This document shows, one piece after another, positions 1 to 11,207 of a DNA stretch of 64,000 nt; within the stretch, counting starts at the first letter, position 1, and each line of letters starts with the position of its first letter. Source of the DNA: Candidatus Marinacidobacterales bacterium (GTDB taxonomy: Bacteria; Acidobacteriota; Vicinamibacteria; Marinacidobacterales; SMYC01). A program made the translations under genes and the position numbers. Location of the stretch: assembly GCA_965237955.1 (NCBI GenBank), contig OZ250169.1:6912001-6976000 (forward strand), written 5' to 3'. A model generated the notes under the pieces. The model was not told the DNA's origin. It saw nothing but the letters and a program-made list of their open reading frames with translations, and made no database searches.

Positions 1-600
1 CCTCGTGCGATAAACGATCTCGGCGATGTCGAAGAAAGCGATATTGACGCGCGCCGTCCCCTTGGTCGCGGCAATGACGCGTCCGTCGGCGCCGCGCTCC
101 ACGCTACAGCACTCGGGGCAGTAGCTGACGGCGGAGTTCCGCACTTGGCCCCAGTGGCCGCTAGCGCGCTCGACATAAGCGAGAATTTCCTGGAGCGAGT
201 CGCAGCGCGAGCACTCCAAGAGGGCGTTCAACGCAACCAGGCACTCGACCGGCAGAGACTCGAGAGCCCCGTCGGCTTTCGGCGTCGCGCGGTAGGCCCG
301 GATCGAGTCGTAGAGGCACGTCGACAGGTGCAATTTCTCGACGAAGCGGTCCGCCTGAAGCTTCTTCAGATCAGCGTGCGCTTCTTGGCTCACCTTCCCG
401 TACATCTTCACACCGTGAAACTCGACGAGGCTCGGCGCCCAGTCGTAGTCGCTGAAGATCCCGGTGTGGATCCCGTGGTAAACGACAATCGACAGCGGCA
501 AATCCTTCATCCAGCGGCATTTTCCGTTGGCACCGTTCGCGTGGGTGAAGCGGTTGACGATGTACAGAAGCCGGAGCTGGTCGAGAGACGGTGAGTCCAT
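1..600 (-). CDS. Uncharacterized protein with two CxxC motifs, runs off the window edge (absent from ORF track)
   Basis: Manual translation from ATG at 600: MDSPSLDQLRLLYIVNRF...RWMKDLPLSIVVYHGIHTGIFSDYDWAP...CSRC...CPECC...; 200 codons with no stop to position 1. Confidence 0.75.
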   Translation of the reverse strand, partial: MDSPSLDQLRLLYIVNRFTHANGANGKCRWMKDLPLSIVVYHGIHTGIFSDYDWAPSLVEFHGVKMYGKVSQEAHADLKKLQADRFVEKLHLSTCLYDSIRAYRATPKADGALESLPVECLVALNALLECSRCDSLQEILAYVERASGHWGQVRNSAVSYCPECCSVERGADGRVIAATKGTARVNIAFFDIAEIVYRTR

Positions 601-669
601 GGGTGCCTTTCGACGGGAACGATTTTCGATTGTTTGGGACTAGTGGAAATAGCATAGCAAAGGACGGAG

Positions 670-815
670 CCGCGCGCGACGCAGTCGTTCGCATTCCCAA
701 CAGGTACGATCGCGAGGCCCTCTGCTGTGGCCGGATTGGTAACCTCGATACTCTCGTCACTCTCGTTCGAGGAGGAGGCACAAAACGCCCCGTCGACGTA
801 GTTCCGTACGATCAT
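670..815 (-). pseudogene. Aldehyde dehydrogenase N-terminal fragment
   Basis: RNYVDGAF...IEVTNPATAEGLAIVPVGNAND is a typical ALDH N-terminus; similarity ends after about 48 aa. Confidence 0.65.
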
Positions 816-1035
816 GTCGCACCTCTAGATTTGTCGTGTGCCTCCAGTATCCCACTGACAGCGGACGGCAGCCAGTGAGGGCTTATCCCCGCACTCCGGC
901 GAGATTCCTCCCTAGGTGAGAGCTCGAAGGCCCCGTCAATACTGAGGTTTCTCGAGGCGGGGACTCCGGCACGCATCTTGCCTAAATTTTCCCCTGGAGT
1001 GCCCTCTCCTATCTTCACTTACTGAGGACCGGACA

Positions 1036-3105
1036 GTGAGTTCGACAACGAAAAGCGAGAAAAAGACCGAGGCCGTGGCCGCGCAGGGATTCGAAGACAT
1101 CCCGGGCGAACGGTACGAGGTTGTCTCTCAACTCGGAACCGGCGCCTTCGGCTCTGTCTACAAAGCGCAGGATACATTTCTCAACCGCGCGGTCGCGGTC
1201 AAGAGTATTCGGCTCGACACATCACTGGATCCCGAGCAACGTAAAGCACTGAACAAACGCTTTATCCGCGAAGCCCAGGTGGCGGCGCAGCTCCAACACA
1301 CGAACATCGTCACCATCCACGACATTATGTTCACGCCCGACACCGGCTTCATCGTGATGGAGTTCATCGAGGGCTCCACCTTGCAGTCGCTCATGGAGAA
1401 GAACCAGCTACCGCTCGCCCGCGCCGTCGACATCACCACCCAGATCGCACGCGCGCTCGAGTACGCGCACGCGCACAAAGTCATCCATCGCGACATCAAG
1501 CCGGCGAACATCATGATCACGCCGTCGTTCGAAGCGAGGATCACCGACTTCGGTATCGCGAAATCGGACGGCGCCACCCACCTGACGATGTCCGGAAGCC
1601 TCGTCGGTACCCCCGACTACATGTCACCCGAGCAGGCCAAAGGCGAAGAAGTCGATTTCCGCTCCGACCTGTTCTCGCTCGGCTGCGTTTTCTATGAGTG
1701 CCTCGCCGGTGAGAAGCCGTTCAAAGGCGGGAGCCTCACCGCTGTCCTTCTCAGCATCGTCAACACCGACCCGCTCGAGTCACAGGCGTGGAGGAAAATC
1801 GACGTTCCTCCCGAGGTACCGGCTGTCTTTCAGAAGGCGCTCGCGAAAACTCCGGAGGGACGGTTTGCGACCGCGACCGAGTTCGTCTCCGCACTCGCGA
1901 CCGTTCCCACGGAAGGTGCGATCGCCGACGCACCCACCCCAGTCGAAGCCAAAAAGAACTCCGTCGATGCCACCACCGTCGAGATGCGCCCCGGCGAGGA
2001 AATCCCGCCTCCGGCCCCCGACATCGATCGAGTCGCGATCGAGGCGCTCATGGAAGAAGAGCGTCCGCTTCGTTTTTCCTCCAAGCTTTCGGACGAGCTC
2101 CAGAACATCAATCTCACGCCCGCTCAGGGCTACATCCTGTCGCGCATCGACGGATCGTCGTGCGCCCGCGACATCGTTTCACTGAGCCCCGTACCCGAAG
2201 CCGAGGCCGCCGAGACTCTCCTCGACTTGATCTCCAAGGGCCTGGTGACATGGGACAACGAGTCCGGCAAGGCGGCACCCGACAAGAAGATTCTGTCGGC
2301 TTGCGAGGATGACGGTGAAAGCGCACTCGAGTCTGCGCTCCTGACCGCAATCGATCGCATCCTACGGCTCGCACGCGAACGCCGCTACTCCGATCTTCTC
2401 GGCATCGATATCAGCACGCCAACGGCGGACGTCAAGAACTCTTACCTCGAGCTCATCCAGCGTTTTCATCCGGATGCGCAGTCCGGCGACATCACACCCG
2501 CCGATCGACAAAAGCTGACCAGGGTGTGTGCGGCGGCGACGGAAGCTCTTGCGGCAGTTTCTCCCAAGAAAGTCTCCGCCCCGCCGCTGCCTCAAGAAGA
2601 GCCGGAAGCCGCGAGTGCGACCGCGAAGCTGCGCCAGAAGGAGTACGCGGCAGAACTTTTCGAGCGCGCACGCGAGGCGTACGAGATCACCGACTTCTGG
2701 GAAGCGATCCAGTTGTCACGGCAGTCGATCGAGCTCGACGCTACCAACGCCGCTTACCACCATCTCCTCGGACTCGGCCTGATGAGAAACCAGAACTGGA
2801 TGAAAGAGGCCGAAGAAAGCTTGCGCAAAGCGACGGAGCTCGACGACACTCAAGCCGAATACTTCGTAGAGCTCGCGTCCTCCTATCTTCGGCAAGGGAT
2901 GGAGGAACGCGCGGCGGCGATGAATGAAAAAGCGGCCGCCCTCGTACCGCCGGCGCCGGCGCCAGAGCCCGAAGCTGAACCTGTCGAGGAAGTCGAGCCC
3001 GAAGCAGAGCCCGAAAGCCGACCCGAGACGAAAGCTGAAGACGACCCAGAGGAGCTCGAAGTCGAGCTCGAAGCGGAAGCGGAAGGGGAAGCGCCCGCGT
3101 CCTAG
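1036..3105 (+). CDS. Ser/Thr protein kinase fused to a J domain and TPR region, acidic C-terminal tail
   Basis: [30 protein letters not shown]; J domain YSDLLGI...RFHPD; TPR-like helices; P/E-rich tail. Confidence 0.9.
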   Translation: MSSTTKSEKKTEAVAAQGFEDIPGERYEVVSQLGTGAFGSVYKAQDTFLNRAVAVKSIRLDTSLDPEQRKALNKRFIREAQVAAQLQHTNIVTIHDIMFTPDTGFIVMEFIEGSTLQSLMEKNQLPLARAVDITTQIARALEYAHAHKVIHRDIKPANIMITPSFEARITDFGIAKSDGATHLTMSGSLVGTPDYMSPEQAKGEEVDFRSDLFSLGCVFYECLAGEKPFKGGSLTAVLLSIVNTDPLESQAWRKIDVPPEVPAVFQKALAKTPEGRFATATEFVSALATVPTEGAIADAPTPVEAKKNSVDATTVEMRPGEEIPPPAPDIDRVAIEALMEEERPLRFSSKLSDELQNINLTPAQGYILSRIDGSSCARDIVSLSPVPEAEAAETLLDLISKGLVTWDNESGKAAPDKKILSACEDDGESALESALLTAIDRILRLARERRYSDLLGIDISTPTADVKNSYLELIQRFHPDAQSGDITPADRQKLTRVCAAATEALAAVSPKKVSAPPLPQEEPEAASATAKLRQKEYAAELFERAREAYEITDFWEAIQLSRQSIELDATNAAYHHLLGLGLMRNQNWMKEAEESLRKATELDDTQAEYFVELASSYLRQGMEERAAAMNEKAAALVPPAPAPEPEAEPVEEVEPEAEPESRPETKAEDDPEELEVELEAEAEGEAPAS

Positions 3106-4199
3106 CGCGTTCGAGAACCGAGATACTCCCTTCCCCGCTCCATCAGAGCCGCAAAGCCCTGTTCGTCCCCGGCGCGGACGACCGAGCGCAGACGCTCGAC
3201 TGCATAGAGAAGCGCCGACAGCGACTCGGTGCCGTAGTCGTTCAACGATTGGATCTCGAAATAGAGCCTCGGGTTGTCGTCGGAGACTTTGCGGGCAACC
3301 GCAAGTTGCTCGTCGAACGTCGTACTCGAGAGCTTCGCCAACGCCGGCGCCGCTTCACCGCTTTCCGCGAGCGCCGTGAAAAACGCGATGTTAAGCGCGT
3401 GCGACAACCCGAGCACGTACGCGATGATCCGGTCGTGGCTTTCGAGATCCATCTCGACGTGAACCGCCATCGTCGACGCAAACAGCTCTCGAGCGTCTCG
3501 CGTGGCATCGGCATGGCCGACGTCCACGAAGATGACGTGGCGTCCCGAAAGAAGCTCGGTGTCGGGTCCGAACATGGGATGGATGGAAGTCACCCGGGCG
3601 CCAGCACCCGCGAGCGCGCCGAGGCCGCTCCGGAGTGGGCTCTTGAGCGAGCCGATGTCGAACAGGAGTCCCTTGGGAGGATTTCGCGCCATCTCGATGA
3701 AAATGGCGTTGGTCACCACCAGAGGTGCGGCGGCGACGATGACATCGTGGTCGAGATCGCGCTCGGTCCACGAGTGGTACTGAGTGATCGCGCCGCCGAA
3801 AGGCTCGGGGTCGGCTATCTCGACTTCGAAGCCTTGTGAGCTCAAGAAGCGTACGAACCACCGTCCCATCTTGCCGGCGCCACCGATCACCAGCGCCCGC
3901 TTCCCCGACCCGCTCGAAGCGGTGACCAGACTTTGTTGCTCCTGCACCGCCAGCGCCGAGCGGATCAGGAGCAACATCAGCTCTTCCGCGAGACGGGTTG
4001 AAAGGTCGAGTTTCTCGGCGGTCGCGCGGGCTCTTTCAATGACGTTGCGCTCCTGCCGGAAGTCCCGAGTAGCGCGTCCTTGGTCCCGCTTGGTCTTGCC
4101 GATAGCCGACGCGAGTCGCCCTCGTTCGGCCACGAGCTCGAGAAGCTTTCCATCGACGTCCGCGAGCTGCGCGCGCAGACGTTCCAGTTCGGTATCCAT
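3102..4199 (-). CDS. tyrA: Chorismate mutase / prephenate dehydrogenase
   Basis: N-terminal AroQ-type domain ([12 protein letters not shown]...R...IG..K); [33 protein letters not shown]. Confidence 0.9.
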   Translation of the reverse strand: MDTELERLRAQLADVDGKLLELVAERGRLASAIGKTKRDQGRATRDFRQERNVIERARATAEKLDLSTRLAEELMLLLIRSALAVQEQQSLVTASSGSGKRALVIGGAGKMGRWFVRFLSSQGFEVEIADPEPFGGAITQYHSWTERDLDHDVIVAAAPLVVTNAIFIEMARNPPKGLLFDIGSLKSPLRSGLGALAGAGARVTSIHPMFGPDTELLSGRHVIFVDVGHADATRDARELFASTMAVHVEMDLESHDRIIAYVLGLSHALNIAFFTALAESGEAAPALAKLSSTTFDEQLAVARKVSDDNPRLYFEIQSLNDYGTESLSALLYAVERLRSVVRAGDEQGFAALMERGREYLGSRTR

Positions 4200-4261
4200 G
4201 GTCGTAATTGTAGAATAGGGCTGCTTCTTTTTCGAACGAAGCGACGAGGTTCCAAAAAAGC

Positions 4262-5035
4262 ATGCTCAAACACATCACTCTGTTCCTCGTGCTCGCGCAC
4301 GTCACTCCAGCTGCGGCGGAGACCGGCTTTCTCGCGCGCACCGTCGACGTGAACGGCAACTCGTACCGCTACCAGGTTTTCATTCCCGCCCAGTGGACTC
4401 CGGACGAGGAGTGGCCCGTGATCTTTTTCCTACACGGCGCGGGCGAGCGAGGCGACGATGGGGTGCGGCAAATGGACGAAGGGCTTCCCGAGATTCTGCG
4501 CGAGAAACCAGACTTTCCCGCGGTCGTCGTCATGCCGCAATGCCGGCGACGAACCTGGTGGGGCGATCCCGCCATGGAGGCACAAGCGTTCGCCACGCTC
4601 GAAGCTACGATCGAGGAGTTCAGGGGCGACCGGTCGCGGCTCTACCTCACCGGGCTTTCCTTGGGCGGATACGGCACTTGGGCGTTCGGCTACAAGTATC
4701 CGAAGAAGTTCGCGGCTCTCGTTCCTGTGAGCGGCGGCGTGACCTCACGTCGCTTCCCCGTGCCGGACTGGCACCCGGCCGAGCGCGCGCCAGCCGATCC
4801 GTACGCGGAAACGGCCCGTGGCATCGGAAACGTTCCCGTGTGGGCGTTTCACGGCGACCAGGACCGGAGTGTGCCGGTCGAAGAGTCGCGCAAATTGACC
4901 GAAGCCCTCGAACGGGCGGGAGGCAACGTGCGCTACACGGAGTATCCCGGCGTCCCTCACAACTCTTGGGATCGCGCATACGCCGAGGACGAGTTGATCC
5001 CCTGGCTCCTCTCCCAAATCAACGGAGAGGAGTAG
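4262..5035 (+). CDS. Secreted alpha/beta hydrolase (predicted peptidase/esterase)
   Basis: Signal peptide; [15 protein letters not shown] nucleophile elbow, FHGDQD, PHNSW. Confidence 0.85.
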   Translation: MLKHITLFLVLAHVTPAAAETGFLARTVDVNGNSYRYQVFIPAQWTPDEEWPVIFFLHGAGERGDDGVRQMDEGLPEILREKPDFPAVVVMPQCRRRTWWGDPAMEAQAFATLEATIEEFRGDRSRLYLTGLSLGGYGTWAFGYKYPKKFAALVPVSGGVTSRRFPVPDWHPAERAPADPYAETARGIGNVPVWAFHGDQDRSVPVEESRKLTEALERAGGNVRYTEYPGVPHNSWDRAYAEDELIPWLLSQINGEE

Positions 5036-5277
5036 CGCTTGCGGTCCAGCATTCAGCATCCAGTTATCTACCACCTCGCCGGTCAGCGATGTTGTTTAGC
5101 TTAGCTCAACGGCAGCACGGCGCTCGATATGCGACGACGCCAGTTACCGGCAGGGCGTGGAGTGAACTATTGAATTTAGATGCATGCAATCGTGCTCAGC
5201 AGAAACAATCGTCCCGGTGCGCAGCAACGGTTGACAAAGCCTCCCGCTAATAGGGAGACTGTCGCGAGGAGGCAGCC

Positions 5278-5805
5278 GTGGCCATCGATCGAGCTCTCAC
5301 CATCACGCTAGCGTTTCTTGCGCTCGCAGCGACCGCCGAGACCCAACTGACGAAGCTACCTGATGTCAGTGACGTCCGGCCCGAACGAGACCTCTCCAAC
5401 TACCGGACGTACACGTGGAACAAAAGCCAGGCCGTGCCCACCAAGAATATGGCCAACCATGTGCGGATCATCAACGCGATCCAGAAGCAAATGAAGCGCC
5501 ACGGCTACCGCATCGACACGGTGCACCCGGAAGTCCGGATACAGTACCGGCTCGAGGTGCGTGAGCGCGTTCAAGGAACTTCGACCCAACAGCGCTCGGT
5601 GTGGGACGACGCGAGCTCCACAGTGAAAATCGACTTCAACCGTGTGAAAGAGGCGCACTTCAGCGTTCAGTTCGTAGAGGCCGAATACAATTTCTTCCTG
5701 TGGGAAGCACAAGGAATCTATCCCGCGGGGACGCCCGACCGGGCTGAGCTCTTGATCAACAGAGCGGTAGAGGACATGTTCAAGCAGTACCCGTCGAAGG
5801 AGTAG
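5278..5805 (+). CDS. Secreted DUF4136-like protein
   Basis: Signal peptide; DLSNYRTYTW, I..Q....GY, LWEAQG pattern; GAGGAGG RBS. Confidence 0.65.
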   Translation: MAIDRALTITLAFLALAATAETQLTKLPDVSDVRPERDLSNYRTYTWNKSQAVPTKNMANHVRIINAIQKQMKRHGYRIDTVHPEVRIQYRLEVRERVQGTSTQQRSVWDDASSTVKIDFNRVKEAHFSVQFVEAEYNFFLWEAQGIYPAGTPDRAELLINRAVEDMFKQYPSKE

Positions 5806-6110
5806 GTGCCGCAGACCGTCACCAACTTCACGTCCCACGTCACACTGGTGAGCATCGTTTGCTGCTCGATGTCTCCTCCAGCATTCGGCCGAGCCTCGAC
5901 GGTATCAAGGCCGGTGCCTACCGCTTTCTCGGCGGCCTACGCGAAGGCGACACCGTGCTGATTGGATTCTTCAACCACGACCTGTGGTTCACGAAAGACT
6001 TCACTAACGATCCGGTGATCCTCGCCCGCGAGATCCGGGTGATGCGCGCGAGCGGCATGACGGCGCTGTACGACGCGATCCTCGCGTCTCTCGAAGAGCT
6101 ATCGATCTGC
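5806..6110 (+). pseudogene. VWA-domain protein internal fragment
   Basis: LLDVSSSI (DxSxS MIDAS) and GMTALYDAI; no proper start or end. Confidence 0.7.
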
Positions 6111-6161
6111 TCGAAGCTCAGCGAGCTCTGCGCCTCTGCGGTGAGTCTTTCTTTTCCAGAG

Positions 6162-6896
6162 CTAGGGCAATATGGCGAAAGCGTTCAGCGGTGACGCGGT
6201 CGCGCCTTTCAGCCTGAGCGGATTCAACACCAGAACGAACTCGTACGTTCCGCGTTCCGCGAGGGCCGCCGCGAGCTCCGTCAAGTTCATGTTCTCGACG
6301 ATGTGGATGCCGTTCTCCGCGAGGAGAATCCGGTGTCCGGGAAACGGAAAACCCGCATCGAACGTGAGCTGGTCCGCACCTGCGAGAAAGACGTTCTTCT
6401 CCGCGAGCCAGTGCGCGGACTCCTCACCGATGCCCGCCAACGGCCGCATGTACTTCTCCCGATCGGCCTCGAAGTACTTCCCTTGGCCGGTGTGGATGAG
6501 GACGGAGTCCCCCGCGCGGACCTCGACGCCTTGTGCTTCGGCCGTTTCCTCGAGATCCGCCGCCGCAATCACGCCCGGCTCGAGGACGTCGACGCCTCGG
6601 TAGCGCGCGACATCCAGGAGAACACCGCAGTTGACGAATTTCTCTTTCGGATAAGTCTCGATCCCAAGAGCGGTTAGCCCCGCCGTCCCCTCGCTCGCGG
6701 CGGCATCGATACCACCGTAGAGTTTGCCGCCGGTCGATATATGACCGAGCGCGTCGATCGTGGGCGCGCCATGCTGCCCACTGAAAACGATGATGTCCGC
6801 GGCAAACGATATTCCCGGAACCATGCCCTCGCTCTCCCGATGGCTGGTGTGGAGCGATAGCCGATACGGGGGATTGAGAGGCAGCAGCGGCGAGTC
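6162..6896 (-). pseudogene. Cyclase (kynurenine formamidase-like) family protein, 5' end cut by IS5
   Basis: QHGAPTIDALGH, GVLLDVA, GIHIVEN, LKGATASP; ORF start lies inside the IS terminal repeat. Confidence 0.8.
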
Positions 6897-7987
6897 GTTG
6901 CCTTGGTGCACAACTCGCGATCTCGGTCCACAATTGTCCTTTACTCACGGATTCGAGGTTCCCCATGAGCATTTTCAAACGCACTCAGCGGAAGTATGTG
7001 AAGAAGGCCTATCGCGTGAGGAATTGGCGTGAATATGAGGCGGGTCTACGCAACCGTGGGAGCCTGACCGTCTGGATCTCGCTCACCGCCGGCAAGCTTG
7101 TGAACTGGGACGCGCCCCGGCCGAGGAGGAGGAAACCGGGCCGTCAACGCAAGTACTCGAACCACGCCATCGAGACGGCTGTCACCCTGGGCATGGTGTT
7201 TCATCTGTCATCTAGGCAGAGCGAGGGATTGCTGCGATCGTTGTTCGCTCTGATGAAGCTAGACAATGATGTGCCCGATCACACCACAATTCGAGGCGCA
7301 AGGCGAAGCTGGGTAAGGTCCCCTTCTACCAAGGCAAGCAGAAGACGCCGTTGCACATCTTGATCGACAGCAGCGGTCTCGCTGCCCACGCCGGCCAGCT
7401 GCGCAGAGCACCAAAGAGCAGGGACTATCGCAAGCTCCATCTGTGTGTCGACGAGCAGAGTGGCGAAGTCGTCGCCGGCGAGCTTGACGAGCAAAAGAGC
7501 CCGCGATTCATCGCGGGTTGCATCGCTTGTCGGACAGATCGACAGTCCCATCTCATCGGCCAGAGCTGACACCGCATACGACGCCGGCGGCGTCTATGAG
7601 GCGATCGAGAATCACAGCGCTCATTGCTCGCCGAGGGTGCTGATACCGCCGCGCAAGGGCGCCCAGCTCGCATCGGGGCCGGCGAGCAGCCGACAGCGCA
7701 ATCGCAACATTGCAGCACAAGCTCGGCTCGGCAAACGAAAGTGGCACACAGAATCGGGCTACAGCAAACGGAGCAAAGTCGAGACAACGTTCCATCGCTA
7801 CAAGGCTATCGTGGGCTCAGCGATGCGAGCGAGAGGGTTGGCGGCACAGAGAGTCGAGGCAAGGATCGGGTGCAAGATTCTCAACACCATGACGGCGCTC
7901 GGGATGCCTGATAGCGAGATGATCGGATGATGGGAGTCGGGGCCAAGCGAGCTCTCGGCCTCTATCGGAGTTGTGCACCAAGGCAAC
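6897..7987 (+). mobile_element. IS5 family (IS903-like) insertion sequence
   Basis: Perfect 20-bp IR GTTGCCTTGGTGCACAACTC at 6897-6916 and 7968-7987; no target duplication found. Confidence 0.9.
6965..7930 (+). pseudogene. IS5/IS903-type DDE transposase, two frameshifts
   Basis: YRVRNWREYEAGLRNRGSLTVW, PDHTT, IDSSGL, RKLHL, ADTAYD, GYSKRSKVET spread over three frames. Confidence 0.88.
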
Positions 7988-8015
7988 AACTCGCAGCATC
8001 CGCGAACCGTCATGA

Positions 8016-8762
8016 TCAGCGAATAGCTGCTGCCGCGCTCGCTCGAGCCCGAAACCCATCGATGCCCGTTCGATGGCCCTGGTACTCGTCTCGATCGGTG
8101 AGTATCTCGGTATCGTAGGCGGAAAGAAACTGTAGTTTGGCCTCCGCCGCACCAGCGTCATCGAACTTCGCCTCGGCGATAGCATGCTCCAACATGATCC
8201 CGAGGAGATGGTCCGGCACCGACCGGCGGATCGCGTCGAGCTCAGCCTGCGCGCTCTCGGTGTCGACGACAGTGACATGAATCAGCCCGACGTGATAGTG
8301 CGCGTCGTTGTCGAGTGTCCCCAACTGCCCGTATGCCTCGAGCACCATCGGAGCAAACCGTCGGGCTTCCGCGGTATCGCCCCGCTCGCTCGCGGCCATG
8401 ACGTGATTGAACAGCTGTTCGGCCGCCTGCACCGGAGTGATGTTGCCAACCGTGGTCGCATTCGCCGTCGACGTTGCCGGCGTCGTGGACGGGGCCGCGC
8501 TGTCCTGACTATCGAGGATCATGAACGCGCCGACAACGGCAAGGACCACACCGACGGCACCGACCGCAATCCACGGCACGGTGTCCTTCGCGCGCGCCGC
8601 ACCCGTAAGCGACGCGCCACACTGCTGGCAGAACCGAGCCCCAGGTGAGGCCTCCGTCCCGCACGACGGGCAGGTCAGTCGAATCTTTTCACCGCACTGA
8701 CCGCAGAATTTTCCGATAGTTTCGGCCCCGCACTTGGAGCATGTCACGGACTTCGAGCTCAT
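8016..8762 (-). CDS. Double zinc-ribbon membrane protein with C-terminal helical/TPR-like domain
   Basis: CSKCG, FCGQCG, CPSCG, FCQQCG followed by one TM helix. Confidence 0.8.
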   Translation of the reverse strand: MSSKSVTCSKCGAETIGKFCGQCGEKIRLTCPSCGTEASPGARFCQQCGASLTGAARAKDTVPWIAVGAVGVVLAVVGAFMILDSQDSAAPSTTPATSTANATTVGNITPVQAAEQLFNHVMAASERGDTAEARRFAPMVLEAYGQLGTLDNDAHYHVGLIHVTVVDTESAQAELDAIRRSVPDHLLGIMLEHAIAEAKFDDAGAAEAKLQFLSAYDTEILTDRDEYQGHRTGIDGFRARASAAAAIR

Positions 8763-9003
8763 CCCGTCAACTTACCACGGCAGCAGTAAGCCCCCTCACC
8801 CGGCTCGCTTACGCGAGCCTCTCCCCCAAGGCAATTTGAAAGGCCGAGTTGCTCCCGATCGCCCGTGGTTGATGGCGCGGTGATATCCATCCAGCGAGGA
8901 GATCGTCTATACGTGATGCGAGGCAAGCGTTGTTTCTGACGGTAGCGATTCTCGCGCTCGGCTCGAGCGCGTTGGCGCAGCGCGTCCCGCCTGGACGCCG
9001 TCG

Positions 9004-9362
9004 CTAGTCCGACGAAGTCGGCGTTACGAGAGCGCGGAACACTTCGCTTCCGAAGCGGCGGACGATCTCGTTGCGGCGCGGAAGATCGTAGACCTGCGAC
9101 ATAAAGACGGCGACGATCTCGTTCTCCGTGTCGATCCAGAACTCGCTCCCGTAGAAGCCGCCCCACCCGACGACACCTTCCGGTATCCCGTCTCGCGCTG
9201 AGTGCGTGATCGACCATCTGGTCTTCGACGAGACTCTCGAGACTCATCTGCAGCGCCCCGACATCGACGGGAAGGAGGGGCCGCCTCCTGCGTCGCCGGC
9301 GCGCACGAAACGGACGCGACGACGGTCGCGATCCCGACAGCTAGTCTCCATCGTTGAGACAT
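9004..9362 (-). pseudogene. Serine hydrolase (beta-lactamase family) lipoprotein with large internal deletion
   Basis: Lipoprotein signal (VASVSC) joined to C-terminal GVVGWGGFYGSEFWIDTENEIVAVFMSQ...; stop at 9004-9006; catalytic core missing. Confidence 0.65.
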
Positions 9363-9373
9363 TTCGATTCCTT

Positions 9374-9955
9374 TCAAGGCTTCACGGTGACGAAAAAGTC
9401 GGCCTCGATCACGACCGAGCTAGCACCGAGCTCAATCGACTGGATATCCATCGACTCGAGACGCACGGTGCCGGCGCCGCGTGAGGTGAGCTGAGCAACG
9501 TAGCTTTCGACGGGCGGGCTGGCTCGAATTCGCAAGAGCGGAGCGAGCTGCCTTTCGATGAGCGTCGAGAACACTGCGAACAGTTTGTGATCGGCTTCGA
9601 ACCGCGCCTCGTCCAGGAAGATGTCGCCATCGGCGTATCGAGGCACGCCGCTCACGATAATGTCGAAGTTATCTCCCGCACCGACGCACCTGCCCGCCAC
9701 CTGCTTCCCGGCGCGCCCCGCGAAAAGAAACCGCAGTTGCAAGCGCGCGCCGATCGCGCTCACGCGGTGATCTTGAATGAACGCGTAAGCACAGGTCTCT
9801 TCCGGGCCACCCTGGAGGTAGCGGCGCCCGCCTTCGGTGAGAAATGTAGTGACGATTATTCGTTCCATCGACGCATAGGCTACGTCGAGCTTGCCAGCTG
9901 TCGCCGTTTCCCCGCTCAGGAGAACAAGTACCAGCCCCGCCGCGAACGCCCTCAT
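9374..9955 (-). CDS. Secreted hypothetical protein
   Basis: ATG at 9955, signal peptide MRAFAAGLVLVLLSGETATA; downstream of anti-sigma gene. Confidence 0.65.
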   Translation of the reverse strand: MRAFAAGLVLVLLSGETATAGKLDVAYASMERIIVTTFLTEGGRRYLQGGPEETCAYAFIQDHRVSAIGARLQLRFLFAGRAGKQVAGRCVGAGDNFDIIVSGVPRYADGDIFLDEARFEADHKLFAVFSTLIERQLAPLLRIRASPPVESYVAQLTSRGAGTVRLESMDIQSIELGASSVVIEADFFVTVKP

Positions 9956-10010
9956 GACCGCCTCCGTTCTAAAGTGTTCAGACGCGCATCCTACCACTGC
10001 GGACAGCGGC

Positions 10011-10559
10011 TCAGGCGAGTCGATGGTGGACGGTGTAGCGCGCGATCTCTTCCTGTTGATCCGCTGACGCGACCTCGACCGAAAACACGATGTCAGGAGG
10101 GAACAGTTCGGCGAAGTGGCTCTGACAGGCGACAAGAATTTCTCCCCGGTCGGCATCGAAAGGAACGTCTTCGAGGTGCCATACCGCTTCTCCGCCCTCA
10201 GCGGACACCTCGAGATCGATGCGGCGTGCGCGGGAGAGGTCGATCCCACCGAGGCGGTGTACGAGTAGTCGGCCGGATTCAGGAAAGAGAACCTCGGCCG
10301 TCTGTCCTGGAGTCATCTCGTTGATTCGTTCGATTCGTCCCTCTCGTTCGAGGCTGGCGAATCGGGAAGGAGAAAGGATGGTTGGCGCGGCGTCGGCGAT
10401 CGACGTCAACAGGCCGGCGAGCCGTTCGGCTTCCGAGGAGCAGATCGCGCAACGAAACAGATGCGACTCGAGCTCCTGGTCATCGGATTCGGGTAGCTCC
10501 CCTTTCAGATAGTCGAGAAGCCCACCGAGTGGAATGGGCTTTCCGCAAGCTTGTTTCAC
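10011..10559 (-). CDS. Zinc-finger (zf-HC2) anti-sigma factor, apparently soluble
   Basis: ELESHLFRCAIC (HxxxCxxC); GTG start overlaps sigma stop. Confidence 0.8.
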   Translation of the reverse strand: MKQACGKPIPLGGLLDYLKGELPESDDQELESHLFRCAICSSEAERLAGLLTSIADAAPTILSPSRFASLEREGRIERINEMTPGQTAEVLFPESGRLLVHRLGGIDLSRARRIDLEVSAEGGEAVWHLEDVPFDADRGEILVACQSHFAELFPPDIVFSVEVASADQQEEIARYTVHHRLA

Positions 10560-11122
10560 GCTTCCGCCCTCTCCGACGGTCGTTCGACGCATTCTCTCAG
10601 GCGCGCGATGGCCCGGTGACGGATCACCCGCACGTTCCCCGGTGTCGTTCCCAGAGCTTCCGCCGCCTCGGCCGCCGTGGCATCCTCTTGATAGAGGAGA
10701 AAGAGTAGACGCGACTCTCGAGGCGGTAGCTCGGCGAGACACTCTTCCACCCGGCGCGTCACCACCAGCTCCCAAGGAGGGGTGACGGCTTGAGCGGACT
10801 CCGCTGACAACCGCCTTTCGGTCTCCGCGACCCGTTTTTCGCGGCGGCGCACGGAGTGGGCCACGTTTCGGCAGGTGCCGAGCATGAACCGGTCGATCCT
10901 CTCCAGATCCTCCACCCGACCGGCGCGAAGGGCCTCAAGCACAATCACCATGACTTGTTGTGCCAGATCTTCGGCCGCCGTTACATCGAATCGTAAATGT
11001 TTTAGCCCGTATAGCCTGGCTCGGTTCAGAAAGCGCCGGCAGAGCTCGGTCTCACTCGCCGCGGCGTCGTCGCCTCCGGCGGCGACGGTCCGGGCGACGT
11101 CGGCGTCGGTCGGGGATCCCAC
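10556..11122 (-). CDS. ECF RNA polymerase sigma factor
   Basis: AEDLAQQV (region 2); LPPRESR...AEAAEALGTTPGNVRVIRHRA (region 4). Confidence 0.9.
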   Translation of the reverse strand: MGSPTDADVARTVAAGGDDAAASETELCRRFLNRARLYGLKHLRFDVTAAEDLAQQVMVIVLEALRAGRVEDLERIDRFMLGTCRNVAHSVRRREKRVAETERRLSAESAQAVTPPWELVVTRRVEECLAELPPRESRLLFLLYQEDATAAEAAEALGTTPGNVRVIRHRAIARLRECVERPSERAEA

Positions 11123-11207
11123 GAGGGAGATGTTATCAAGGAAATCAACATTCGATGCGTAACGCTACCGACGGTTCTGACACGTGTGGGTGAAGGAGAC
11201 GAGAACC

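Noticed and set aside
145-594. Plus-strand ORF in the track
   Set aside because: Antisense shadow of the longer minus-strand ORF 600 to <1
2950-3100. GAGCCCGAA-type repeats
   Set aside because: Explained by the P/E/A-rich kinase tail
5036-5277. Possible ncRNA or riboswitch in the intergenic region
   Set aside because: No recognisable motif; only a TTGACA with a weak -10
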